Part shown: positions 23,648-36,703 of the stretch, piece by piece
Numbering within the stretch: the stretch's first letter is position 1
Layout: every line of letters begins with the position of its first letter
Assembly (NCBI RefSeq): GCF_001194135.2
Contig: NC_068999.1
Span: forward strand, 25,265,346-25,303,346
Length of the DNA stretch: 38,001 nucleotides
Source of the DNA: Octopus bimaculoides
Taxonomy: Eukaryota
Reading direction: 5' to 3'
Translations under genes and position numbers: made by a program
The notes under the pieces: generated by a model
Seen by the model: only the letters and a program-made list of their open reading frames with translations
Told to the model about the DNA's origin: nothing
Database searches by the model: none

Positions 23648-25993
23648 GTATGGGGAGTGTATGTACATATACATATGCACATATAGACACATACACCCAC
23701 ACATATTGTTGAGAAGGAAAATAAATTGTAAGGCATTCATATCTCTCAAAACCATAAGCATTCTAAGGGAAGGGAAATGACAACAGACATTAATTAAAGC
23801 CTATTTAGCTTAAGAACAGCTTATTCCTACTCAACAACATTTGCTACAAGTAACATCTTTATTAATATCATAACCATTTTTGGATCAGCTATCAATGCAG
23901 AAGGAGATTATGTTGAAATGATATGACAATAAGGAATTAAGGGATTACATATAATTGCAAGAAATATTATCAATTCAGAAGGAATGAAATGCTACAAAAG
24001 TATTTAAAATATTCAAATATTTATAAAGGGAGCGTAGAAACATTTGTATTACATTTATTCCTGGGTCTCCAGTTAGTCCTGGAAGTCCATCATTTCCACC
24101 CAATCCAGAGAATCCCCTGTCTCCTGGTTCTCCTGGAAATCCAGGCAAGCCAGGAATACCATCACGACCTGGCAAACCATTATCACCTAAAACATATAAG
24201 AAATTAAAGCTTTTATAATTATTGTATCAGTAAATTGTAGGATAGTAATTATTAATGTTGAAGTCTGTTTTAGATGCCAAATTTTACTGAAGTCAAATAA
24301 TGTCTATAAATCTTTTTTTCTTTCTTTCCAATAATATCTCAGACAAGGACAAATTTTTAAAGGAGATTATCATGCAAATAAATACCAGTGTACTGATGTT
24401 ATTTGTTTCCTTGAGCAGAATTAAATCATTGAGCAATCAATCCCAGCAACATTTGAATTTAGACAAACAAACCACCAAAGTAAATATAATAAATCAGCCA
24501 AGCTGTGCTGTCTGATGTCTCAGCTATTATTACTATGGAAAAACAGTTGTAACCTTCATGGCATCTAGATAATTAAAGCAACCATCATTAAATATCAAAT
24601 TAGATCAATAATTTATTGTAATTTTATTTTTCCCTTTAATATTTTGTAACAGAAATCATTTCAAAAAGATTTCTACTTTGCTTTCACTTTCTAAAAGCAT
24701 CAAAATATAACTATTTTAAATTTACATTTTTACTTTTGTGATGAATTTCCTTGGAAAAAGCAAATATTCACTAGTTATTACAAGCCAATATTACATATAA
24801 TGTTAATTTTGCATTAATACTTCTGGTTGCCCTTCATATCTTATCAGTAAGACATATCTTTGTTCATTTCACTTTATAAAGACTATCCAAAAAATGTTTA
24901 CTTAGTCCAGAAGCTGAAAACTTATAATCAAAATTTAAACAGAAAATAATAAAATAAGGTGAAACCTTACCGGGAAATCCTGGTAGACCATCATCTCCTC
25001 GAACACCTGGGTAACCATCTAGAGAAGTACCTGGACGTCCTTGTTCTCCTTTGAAGCCATTTGATCCATTCTGACCTGGAGAACCAGGTTCACCTGCTTC
25101 ACCTCTCCTGCCAGGATCACCAGGATTTCCATGATCAGGGTCTTCTACAAGTAATAGAGAAATTTTTTACAGAAATTAATATTACCATAAAGACTTGCAT
25201 GTATATATATATCAACGTACAATATGTAATGCATTGCATATACTACATCATACTACATAATTTTCTTGTGTATACATCTAAACTCACCATTCATAACATC
25301 AAACTGCCCAGCATTTATAACATAATTAGCATTAAGGTGTTCATATAAAATATAGTCATACAGAAGTGCTGAAACGATGGAATAAATAAAAATGTCCCTG
25401 TGTAATTTTCAGGTGCTTTCCTGTTAACAAAGGTAATATATCAAGAAAACAATAAACACTGTCACTATAGCAGTTGGTTCAAGTTGAATTAAGTGATGTA
25501 CAATCAAAATGAATTGCTTAAACATATTATATATTCTGTACTATAACTACAAAGATATATATTAATCATTTTCAGCTAATATGCATCATCACAAAATATA
25601 TATGTGCATACATATCTATTGTATCTGTTATGCATTATGCTCATTCTCAAGTGTGTATATCAGAGGTTCTCAACCATTGTTTACCTATAGACCTCTCTGA
25701 TTTATTATTTGAAGCCATTTATTTAATGTTTAAAAAGGAATTTTACAAATACTTCCTTCAAAATTATGATTTTGTTTTCACACATTCACTTGTGCAATTT
25801 GAACCATGCAAAACATTAGAGAAAGAAACCTTGCTGTTTCTTGCAATGAAAAGACCTAAAGCAAAATTATTTCATAGACACTTAATATTCTGTTGTGGAT
25901 ACCCAGTCAACAATTTTGCTTGTGTGGACCCCAAAAATTTTATAATGGACCCTAAGGAGTCATGTGAACCCTGGATGAGAACCACTGATGTAT

Positions 25994-26034
<41 letters not shown>

Positions 26035-29000
26035 AAACGTATCGTGTTTTACAGTACAAATATAGATATATATAAACAGACAAGCACATGTTCTTATATA
26101 TACACAGACTTAATTTCCTGTGACTTTTCATACAAGCCAATATTATTTAATTGCTAGTAAAACATGGAAGACCTTAATAGGAAAAATGCCATTTTGTTAC
26201 TGATAATCTAGTGATAACGTAACATCCTCCAGCTTCTCAACTAAAAGATTTTATTCAAACTTTTATTGAATGTGTATCAACAATTTAATCTACTTACCAA
26301 TATTTCTCAATCCATCACCTCGTTCACCAGGAGGTCCTGAAAGAAACAAAAGTAAATATTAATGACATATTTTTGTTAAGACTAACAAAGAATGAGCAAA
26401 CATTTTACTTGGTGATATTTTCCATAACAATTAAAAATATCATTAGGATCAATACAAAGGTTGATGAATTACCAGAATCAATAACATTGTTATTGTTCAC
26501 AATAGTGTACAGTGAATGAAAAATGAAATTCACTTGCAAATAAATTTCTTGGATGAAAAAACAATGAAAAATTTTGTACCAACTAAAGAAATTATAAAAT
26601 AATGCAAATGATTTGAACACCAAAACTATTTTGTCATTGTACAAAAACTTTAGAAAAGTGTCAAGCAAGTATTTCACAAGGTAAGAAAAAATAAGCAACA
26701 TTGTCATATCAGTGTCTGATGAAAATTAATAAGATATATATACTGTTTGTCCCAAGTGATGTAAGATGCTTTACCATAGCATAAAATTTAAGCAATTGCT
26801 AAAATCCCATTTAGTTATAGCATATTAAATGATGACAAGTGACCAAGACTTTTGGCGATTTGCTGTGATTGAGAAGACGTGTCAATCTAAGTGAAATTGT
26901 AGTTGTGGCCAGTACTAGTGATGGATAAAAGGCACCTATGCCGGTGAAATGTAAAAGGCACCCAGTACACTCTGTGGAGAGATTGGCATTAGGAAGGGCA
27001 TCCAGCCATAGAAACCAAGCCAAACCAGACTGGCTTACCAGTTCCGATCAGACCATCTAACCTGTGCCAACATGGGAAATGGACACTAAATGATGATGAT
27101 GAAAACACACGTACACATAAACACACATTATACACACACATTATACACACACATTATACACACACAAATACACATTATATACACACAAACACACATTATA
27201 CACGCACACACAAAACAAACAAACATATGTATCAGTAAGCAACTAAAATCTGAACTTACCCTCCAAACCATCAAGGCCATCAGGACCTGGGAAACCAGAT
27301 TCTCCTTGTTCACCTTTCAGACCGGTTAGACCAACTGTACCTCGATCTCCTTTAACACCTGATGGTCCATTGATACCAGAGAGGCCAGGGATACCTGGCT
27401 CTCCATCAGGACCAGGTAAACCAGGAGATGCAGGGTACCCATCCCTACCAGGATTACCAATTTCACCTTTCCGTCCTGAAAGTCCAGGGACACCATCTGG
27501 ACCTGGGTCACCATAAGCACCTTTAAATCCTTGTCGTCCGGGAAATCCATCATCTCCCTAAAAATAATACATTTCTAAGTGTGAATAATGATATCATTCT
27601 TAGTAAGAAAGACAACTGAATGGAATAAAAGCACGTATTTGCTAACACATTCACATTTTCAAATATACCCACATATACATATGAATATCATACACCACAT
27701 ATACATGTGGTTTACAAATATACAAATGTACAAGAAGTTCCTGGCTTTAGGTAAAAGAAAATACAGGAGGATCAGTTATTTATGATTTCATTCAACATAT
27801 TCCCTTCTCAGATTCATACACCTATTGTAACAGTCCTTCATTTTTTTGTTAAGCCATGCAAAAGAACTCAGAAGGGTGAGACTCCAGCCTAGCCTTTTGC
27901 ATTACCCTTAATCCTTTTAATACCAACCTGGCTGAAGCCGCTTCTGGCTTTGTAGTACAAATGTCATGTTTTTAAAAGTTCTGAATTGAAATTTTCCACT
28001 AAACCTTAGTCACGATTTATGTTCCTAACACCAGCTTAATGATAACTAAGTTATTTTACTAAACTCTTTGTTATATTTAAAATTAATTGAAAGAAACACA
28101 AAGCATCTCAAAATAAATACGGTAACAAAAGGGTTAAAGCTAGGAATTTTTCAGGACCCGTCATACATGCATACATACACACAGAGTTAACTGTTTGCAT
28201 TCTGGCTCAAAATTATTCTCCAATAGGTGATAATTCATATTAATTTTACATCAGAAATCCTGGAACCTTTTTTTTCACATAGAAACAGAAACTCTTCTAA
28301 GATTAAACTACAGTGAAATGTTTGTAAATCAATGAGGGAACTTTTATGCTGTGCCTTTCATGTTAGAATTAGCATCCTATTCATCCTCAAATAACATCAT
28401 ACTGTTTCATAAAACAGAATGTGTCCATTGAATAATATATAGTACTTCCAGGCTCACATCCAATATACTTCTTTTCTAACGCTGTAGGGTGTGTTCTGAG
28501 GGAAATTTCACAGCTATTTCAAGCAGGGAGAATGACTACAAAGACTCTCTTATTGACTGATTTCTTACTTTACTATTTTTGAATCCTGATAAACCAGTTA
28601 TAATTAGTGCCAATAATGTGAACTTGTATGTGAGTGCATGTGTGTGTATGTGTGTGTGCATGCGTATTTGTGTACATACATATATCTAGATACATGTGTA
28701 TGTTATCTCTCTTTTCAAATGATTTGAATTATTCTTATAAACAAAGACAGGTTTAAAACAGAGAAACAAAATTCCAGCACAGGTATTTGAACAACAACTA
28801 TGAAAGCTTTCTTCTGTGCTTTTTGTTTTTTTTTATATTTGTTTTTGTTTTTTCACCTGAGTTTCATATGAACAGTTACTTGAATACCACAAGCAGTATA
28901 GGTTTGGGCCTTAGTGCCCTATCAGAGTGACAACAAGTAGGTACTGAGAGCCCAATATGTCTTCAGTGATACCCTCAGAGTGATTGGTGTTTTTCTCTAT

Positions 29001-29604
29001 CCTCATCAAAAATAATCCATTGTTTAATGACAGCTAACAGAAATTGGAGAAGTTACAGTCAAACTGTGGCTTAAATTGTTTCAATCCTTTAGCATTACTC
29101 TGTCAAATATAATGCGTATTTATTCACATTGCTTGGAATTAATCATGCATTATCTTGTAACTTTGAGATTTCAATGTCTTTCTAGAATGACATTGTAGGA
29201 TAGGTGTGTGAGGCCAGATTTGGCTGGTCTGATCATAGTCAGAATATTTGAGCTGGATATGACCAGTTAGGGTTAAAATATATTCTACACTCGTTTCTAT
29301 CAAATCGCATACATACAAATATGTATGTATACAACTATTTATGGATGTTCGTATTTGAGATTTATTCAGCTTATTTTTGTAAAGTGTCAATACTTCTTTC
29401 TCTGAGTTTGACAGTTCCAGGGTTCATAAACATGTGAATTAAAGCATGCACATATATAAGCTTATGGATATACTTGCAGTCATGTAATGGGTATGCATAC
29501 ATCTTTAGTACATGGGTTGGTGTGATTAATTTGTGTGTGCATGTATATATATTATTGTGTATGTATGAGCATATGAATATGGACCTGGATGCATGTATAT
29601 GTTC

Positions 29605-29656
<52 letters not shown>

Positions 29657-32600
29657 ACATACATATATGTGTACATGTGTTTATGTATGCATATACATAT
29701 ATATATCTGTTTTTCTTTTTCTTTTTTCAGTTGCTCACCAATACTGAAAAGCAACTTTCTCACCCCAAAACAAGACACATTTACAGAAATTTTGACAACT
29801 CTATCTCACTAGTCATGAATATAGTTGCACACATTATTTGTATATGTTTGTGGACGTCATTGAATGTATGGATCTGCATGTTTTGACCTATGAATCTAAA
29901 CTTATATGTGTTTGTGTATCTCCATACATATGTATGAACATATTGTTTATCACTTGCAAATGCATTTTTGGTACCTGCAACAAGCATATTACTTTTTAGA
30001 TGTTTTTTGATGCCTTATTATTAGTGAAGTTTATAAAATAGCCATCTTCTGCAATTTTCGAAAAATATTCTTGTGACCAGCATATGAGAAAACAATTTTA
30101 TGAATTGTACTTCTCTTCTGGTTAACTTCTTGAGATGAAACTTTTTTTTACCTAAATCCAGGTGTTATAAACTTCTGTTTCAATAAAGAAATAATTTATA
30201 TTTGCTACGTTTCTGTATTGAAATAGAAATTTACAATATTTGGATCTAGAAACCAATTTCACACCAGAATAAATATCATTCCAATATCAAGAAATCATTC
30301 AGAAGAAAACTTAAACCTATAAAATTGTTTTCTCTTTTGATAGTCAGAAGAATAATTTTTTTAAATTGCTAAGAATGACTATTTTATAAACTTCACTAAT
30401 ATTAAGACATAACAAAGCAGAATAAAAAATATGCCTGTCATAAGAGCCAAAAGTAAAATTAAAACAAAAACAGTCTTGATAATCAAAGATGTCACCTACT
30501 GGAGATCCAGGGAAACCGTCTCTTCCTTGTTCTCCTCGTCTTCCTCTGCTGCCTTTTTTACCCATGGCACCACTTCTGCCAGGCAATCCAGCTGAGCCAG
30601 GAAGACCAGCATCTCCATTTATACCATCCAGACCTAAATATAAAAATTACTGTTTACATTGCTGTCTTTGATATTGCTTTCTTTCCTTCTCTCTGCATGT
30701 ATAATCATCTTATCAATTATATACTGTTCAACTATATAACATTACAGTTTATAACATTCCAGTATTATAACATGTAGCAATGTTAGGAAACTCAATAATG
30801 TAATTTAGAATATGCATAATATAACAACATAAAGTAAAATATTGAAAAAAATTAGCTAACAATTTGCATAGAAGTAAATATCACAATGCTATAATAAGCC
30901 AGTATTAGTAGGATTTATTAAAAGGCTATAACAGTTCTATTTAAAACGTGAAAACCTGATTAAATAATTAACATATTATGTATCACATAGAATAAACGAT
31001 CTGTGCATCATGAATTTTGTTTTATCTCTTTGAAAATTACTTTCCCTTTTGAAAATTTAAAAAAGTAAAATTATAAATAAAACTACTTACCCACAAATCC
31101 AATTTCTCCTGGATATCCTTGTGTACCTTTTGCTCCTTGTAAACCAGGCAAACCAGGAAGGCCAGTCTCACCAGGGTCACCTGCAATGAAATACATATGA
31201 GAATATTGTTAATGTTCAGATTGTTAATGAATACAGAAGTATTGATACCCTTTTCTTTAAAGAAGACATACGATGTCTATGGTTTGCTAAATGTTGCTTG
31301 GTAGTCAAATTCTTGTTTTAATATTTGTTACAGGTCCTTGTGAGCTTATTGATGTAACATGTGTTGCTTAACTAGGAACTATCATGGTTACAAAGGCTTG
31401 TGAATTGATGCAACAAGAAATCACTCAGTTTTTGAAGATAATATTAGAAAATGATTCCATTTATACATGCTACAAAGAAATTGCCAATGAAGAAAGTGAT
31501 TATAAATGAATTTGAAAATGTTGGGTAAGATGGTATCTTTGCAAAACTTTCCTTAAACAAAATAAAGTGAGAAATCCAAAATCCTGTACTCTCTCTATCC
31601 TTGCAGGAATGCCTTTGCTGTGAATTTTATTGGAATAGATTCTATGGTGGTGTCTGCTTTAGAGCTGCCTTAAGAATCAGCTGCTCTGGTTCTTCAGGTG
31701 ATATCAGCATTGAAACATGCCAGCTAACTCCTGTTAGGATTCATTATAATGGTGGCCATATTGGGCATTGTAGTATAGGACATTTTAATGATTTTTCTAT
31801 TAAAAAAAACAATATGTTGCAAGGGAAAAGCCTGATCAAGGATTTGGAAGAACATTTTAGAGATATCATTTTTCACATTATGAGAGAAGTGTGGGACAAA
31901 CTACATAACACACTGTCTCCTCTGCCTTCTCCCATTGTTGGGACATTTATCATACTCAGAGAAGTTGTCATGTTTCCTCAATTTTACAGATATACTGTGG
32001 ATATGGAACCAAAACACACATGCCCCTTCTGCCCTTAGTGCCCCTGGGTCTACTTTACAGTGTGGGAGGTTGGGTGATCTTCCACAGGCGTCCATCAAAA
32101 ATCTTGGGGTCAGTACTTATTTGTATACTGGTATATATAAGGGCCTGCAACTTTCTTTGCTATATTTTTGTTAATAATGCTGATGAAGTAAGTTGAATGC
32201 ATACCATTATATGATAGGGCCAACCAACTTACATTATAATGCTGATCACCTTAATGAAACACACATACATTATATAAAGTATAAAATACTGGTTAGTTTT
32301 CTGTGTTCCCTTTCAAAACAAAATTTAAATAAAATGTACTGTTAACAATTGTGTAAAGAATACTGAGGTAGGATTTTCACAAGACATAAACAAATATTTT
32401 ACTTCCATGAAAAACGTGTTGTAATGACTTGGTTTTATGCTCTTTAATGCATGAATTCTCCTAAATCATATAGTAATAAACTACATAAAGTTTTTTTTTT
32501 ATTAAAACATTACATCAATGTGTAAGTCAAATATGTTATGAATTAGAAGTAGCATTTAACACAGCTCTGCAATATAATAATAAGGAAAAAGAACTGCAGC

Positions 32601-32926
32601 TCCTGTACCTTTCCTACTTCTAGTTATATCTCCTGGTTCTCCTTTCCTTCCCATAAGTCCATTCAAGCCATCCAGACCATTAACTCCAGGTAAACCATCA
32701 GCTCCTATAAATTAAAATATTATTTAACATCGTTAAATGCAATCAAAATTACATCTCACTCATTTTATTTATACATATAATTTAAGAAATAGTCAAAGCA
32801 ATTTTGATATGAAGTGGAGAATTTTGTTCAAATGCTGCTTGAGGCAGTCTTCTGTGCATAAGAATGAATCCTTTTATTCTGTTGACTTTTGTCTGCATAG
32901 TTGGAAATTTTTTTGCCATAATCTAT

Positions 32927-32989
<63 letters not shown>

Positions 32990-34531
32990 CCATCTTAAAC
33001 TGTAAAATCTCAAGATGAACATCCACATGCTACCTATCTAATTAAAAAGATATATAATTATTTTTCAGGTTTCAGATATTTTTTCTTCACTGGCATATTC
33101 TGTGTTGTAATTATAATTCAAGTTTCAATATTTCTGCCACAGTAATTTGAAGCATTTCATAAATCTTTGAGAAACCCTGTAGTCAGTTCCATCATGTGGC
33201 ATTTTTCATAGAATCAGAAAAAAATATACAAAATAAAATTAATACTAAATGTAAATACACTATATTGTTGAAACATTATTTTAATTTTAAATTTTAGTGT
33301 TTAACTTAGAAAACCTTTAATACTTTCATATCATGTCTATAAACATTATAGCTATATGAAATACCAAAATATCAATGGATATTAATTTAAATATTAACTA
33401 CCCATATTACTGTAAACATTGTTTTTTTAAAAAATACAAAATCAAAAACAACACACCACCCATGACTTTTGGAAACAATTTTCATGCTCAGAATTGCTGA
33501 AGCATGGAATAAATTACCTCCATCAGTTGTTAGCTGTCAAGACACTTTCTCCTTCAAAACTTCCATGCTTCCTGAAATTCGCCAACAGTACACCTCCACC
33601 CATTTCTTCTGATTTTTTTTTAAGACATTTCACTGTTCACTTCCTGTGCATATTCTATGAACAGTTCATGCAGTTTTGGCTACTTTTCCTGATGAGATGT
33701 AGTGCAACTGAGCACTGTATACAATAAGCTCATTATTATCATTTTATCATAAATTTGGCGATGACAAATACTCCACACCACCACTTGCTGCATATGTCAT
33801 TTATAAAAAGTCACTATGAAGTTAGTTTCCACATGATTTAAAGTCAAAATAGTCTTATAGAGAATTTAAAACTATGAGTATTGGGTGGTTTTCTGTTAAT
33901 TTTGGCAAATTTTCCCTTGCCATACTCCACAGACCAATAACAATTCAATAATATTGCTACTAAAGAACATAACCAACATAAAGTGGTGACAACTGTAAAT
34001 AGAATACAAACCTGGGAATCCACGGTCTCCCTTTTCTGCAGCATACTGTAAACCTGCTTCTCCTCTGGGACCTTCAGCACCCGGGAAACCGGGGTCTCCA
34101 CGTCTACCATCGTATCCAGGTTTACCATCACGTCCATTACCACCTGGTAATCCATCAATTCCATGCTCACCTAAATAAACCAAATTGCATACAAGAGTGA
34201 AAATGGAAGTAAACCAGCATTACTATTAATACATAGAATATATGTGTGTGTGTGTAATACATAATATATAATATATATATAATATAGATAATATATATTA
34301 TATATAATATGTATATAATATATATATATATTATAGCAACAAGTCAGTCCAGTATTTACTGCACAGCTCGGGGGAAGGTAAATAAAATCAAAACAAGCAA
34401 CAGGATAACAAGTAGTAATGCAGTACAACCGTTTTCATTTAAACTGATGTAATGATTGCATTGTACAATTAAATAGAGCCACATGAAACAGTCGTACTGC
34501 ATTACTGCTTGATATCCTGTTACTTATTTTG

Positions 34532-34571
<40 letters not shown>

Positions 34572-34822
34572 GATATAGAAATGATAAATGTAATACATAT
34601 ATATCATAAATATGATCTACATAATATGTGTATATATGATATATATAAATATGATNNNNNNNNNNNNNNNNNNNNNNNNNNNNNNNNNNNNNNNNNNNNN
34701 NNNNNNNNNNNNNNNNNNNNNNNNNNNNNNNNNNNNNNNNNNNNNNNNNNNNNNNTATATATATATATATAAATATATCTATATCTATATATATATATAT
34801 ATATAAATATATCTATATAAAT

Positions 34823-34853
<31 letters not shown>

Positions 34854-36414
34854 TATATTCATATTCATAAAATTCATGAAAGAATTGATAAAAATTTCCT
34901 ACCTTTTGGTCCAGGTAATCCTGCAAAACCAGATGGGCCTCTAGGGCCAGGTAATCCAATTAATCCATCATCACCTTGTTTACCTGGTGGACCTCTTCCA
35001 AAAGTTTGTCCGGGCTCTCCCTTTGAAAAGAAGATAGCACAAATAAATTTAAAGCTGTGTACTTTTTCAAAAATGTTTACATATCTTGGAAGCTGTATTT
35101 TCAGTGAGAGTGATGCATAAGTTGAAGTTGAAACCAGGATAAGTAAAGCAACATCAGTATTCTAACACTATTTAATATAGAGATTAAAGACTATCAGTAA
35201 GAAGACATAATTCTACAGCTATACTCAACTATTGTTATATCAACAGCCATTTACACCTGTGAAACCTTGAACAAGACTGTGAAGATCTCTCCATTGCTGC
35301 ACATATTTCATCGATGCTGCCCACATTCAATTCTGGGCATCTCTTATTGTGTCAGGGTGAAAAATGAAGAAGAGCTGGCATGGGAAATTTGAAAGACATG
35401 GGACTATGTAACAGATAAGATTTACTGGTCATGAGCTTTGATTACTGTGGGAGAGACATGTTACCTTCATGATGAAGTGGACACCAGAAAGAGGGAAAAA
35501 GTCTGAGTGGAAGACCAATGTTCCAAAATAACATGATAGTGATAGGAGTCAGACCAAGTAAAGCTAAGAAGAAAGCAAGCAATCAGAATGTTTGGAGACA
35601 GCTTGTTTCCCATCGTACTGACAGCATTGGAAAATCTAAGCGCCAGAGAGAATGTTTTTAACATTATTGTTTACTGATTAGTAAACTACTGTTTTGGCAC
35701 ATTTAAAGCTCAGCCTTACAGTGGTTCTCTGTAGGTAAAAGAGGTAAGTAAATACACCTGACACAATATGAAATATTCAGTAGAAACAGAGAATATCTTG
35801 TACAAGTATCAAAATATTGAATATTTGTAGAAAAGGATGATATACAGGAATGCTGTACAATTGAGAAGCTCACTATGCAACTGCGTGTCTTTGAGTTCAG
35901 TTCCAGTGTATGGCACCTTGGGATTCTACTGTTGCCTCATACCAACCAAAGCCTTGTGAGGGGATTTGGTAGACAGAAATTGTAGGGCCTTGGTTTGGGA
36001 GTACCAGAATTTTGAAGAGTGTTGAACCATCTCTAAGCCATTACTGTTCCTGGGTCAACTGTGACCTGGAGTAGTAGCACCTGTCAGAATTCCAGCTTTG
36101 GGTCAATCACAGCAAGTCAGTCAGGCAGGAAGTGCTCATTAACTTGGTGGAGTGGGAGCCTATTTAGGTGAAGGAAAACCCTGATTCCAAACTTCAGCAG
36201 CCTTATAGCCATAACCAGCCATTGGTAAGGCTTTAGAAATAAACTCTGAGGAAAAATTGGGAGTTGGAGTCCCTGAGGCAGTTTGACACTGTCTACAACC
36301 TCATCATGGCAACTCCTGTGACAATACTGGTGCCAAATTGTAATCGCTACATTGTACTCTTAGATCCATCTGTGATGTGAAGAGCGGGACATGATGCATA
36401 GGCAAAAATCTGTC

Positions 36415-36452
<38 letters not shown>

Positions 36453-36665
36453 TTATCCTTACCAAGCTTGGATCCTGTCAAATACCATGTACTGGAAGGA
36501 CACTCTGGCCCAACAGCACTGGGACAGCTTACAAGTGCATTTTGTGTGGCAGAGACTGTCATCCATGCACCAGACTGTTCAGTAACAGACAATACTGTTC
36601 CAGTATGGCAAGCAACTTGGACCATCATCCATGGTATTAATAAGAGACAGAAGCCTTACATGTGC

Positions 36666-36703
<38 letters not shown>

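Noticed and set aside
25064-25072. NGS N-glycosylation sequon in the helix (GQNGSNG, exon J)
   Set aside because: A single sequon in an Asn-Gly-rich helix is expected by chance, and there is no evidence it is used.
31601-32038. 145-aa Cys-containing plus-strand ORF as a nested gene
   Set aside because: It has no ATG start and no recognisable domain. The opposite strand matches a Penelope-like protein.
34656-34755. Missing collagen exon inside the 100-N gap
   Set aside because: Exons C and D join in phase with continuous Gly-X-Y (GPK-GEH-GID), so no exon is required. A symmetric exon cannot be formally excluded.
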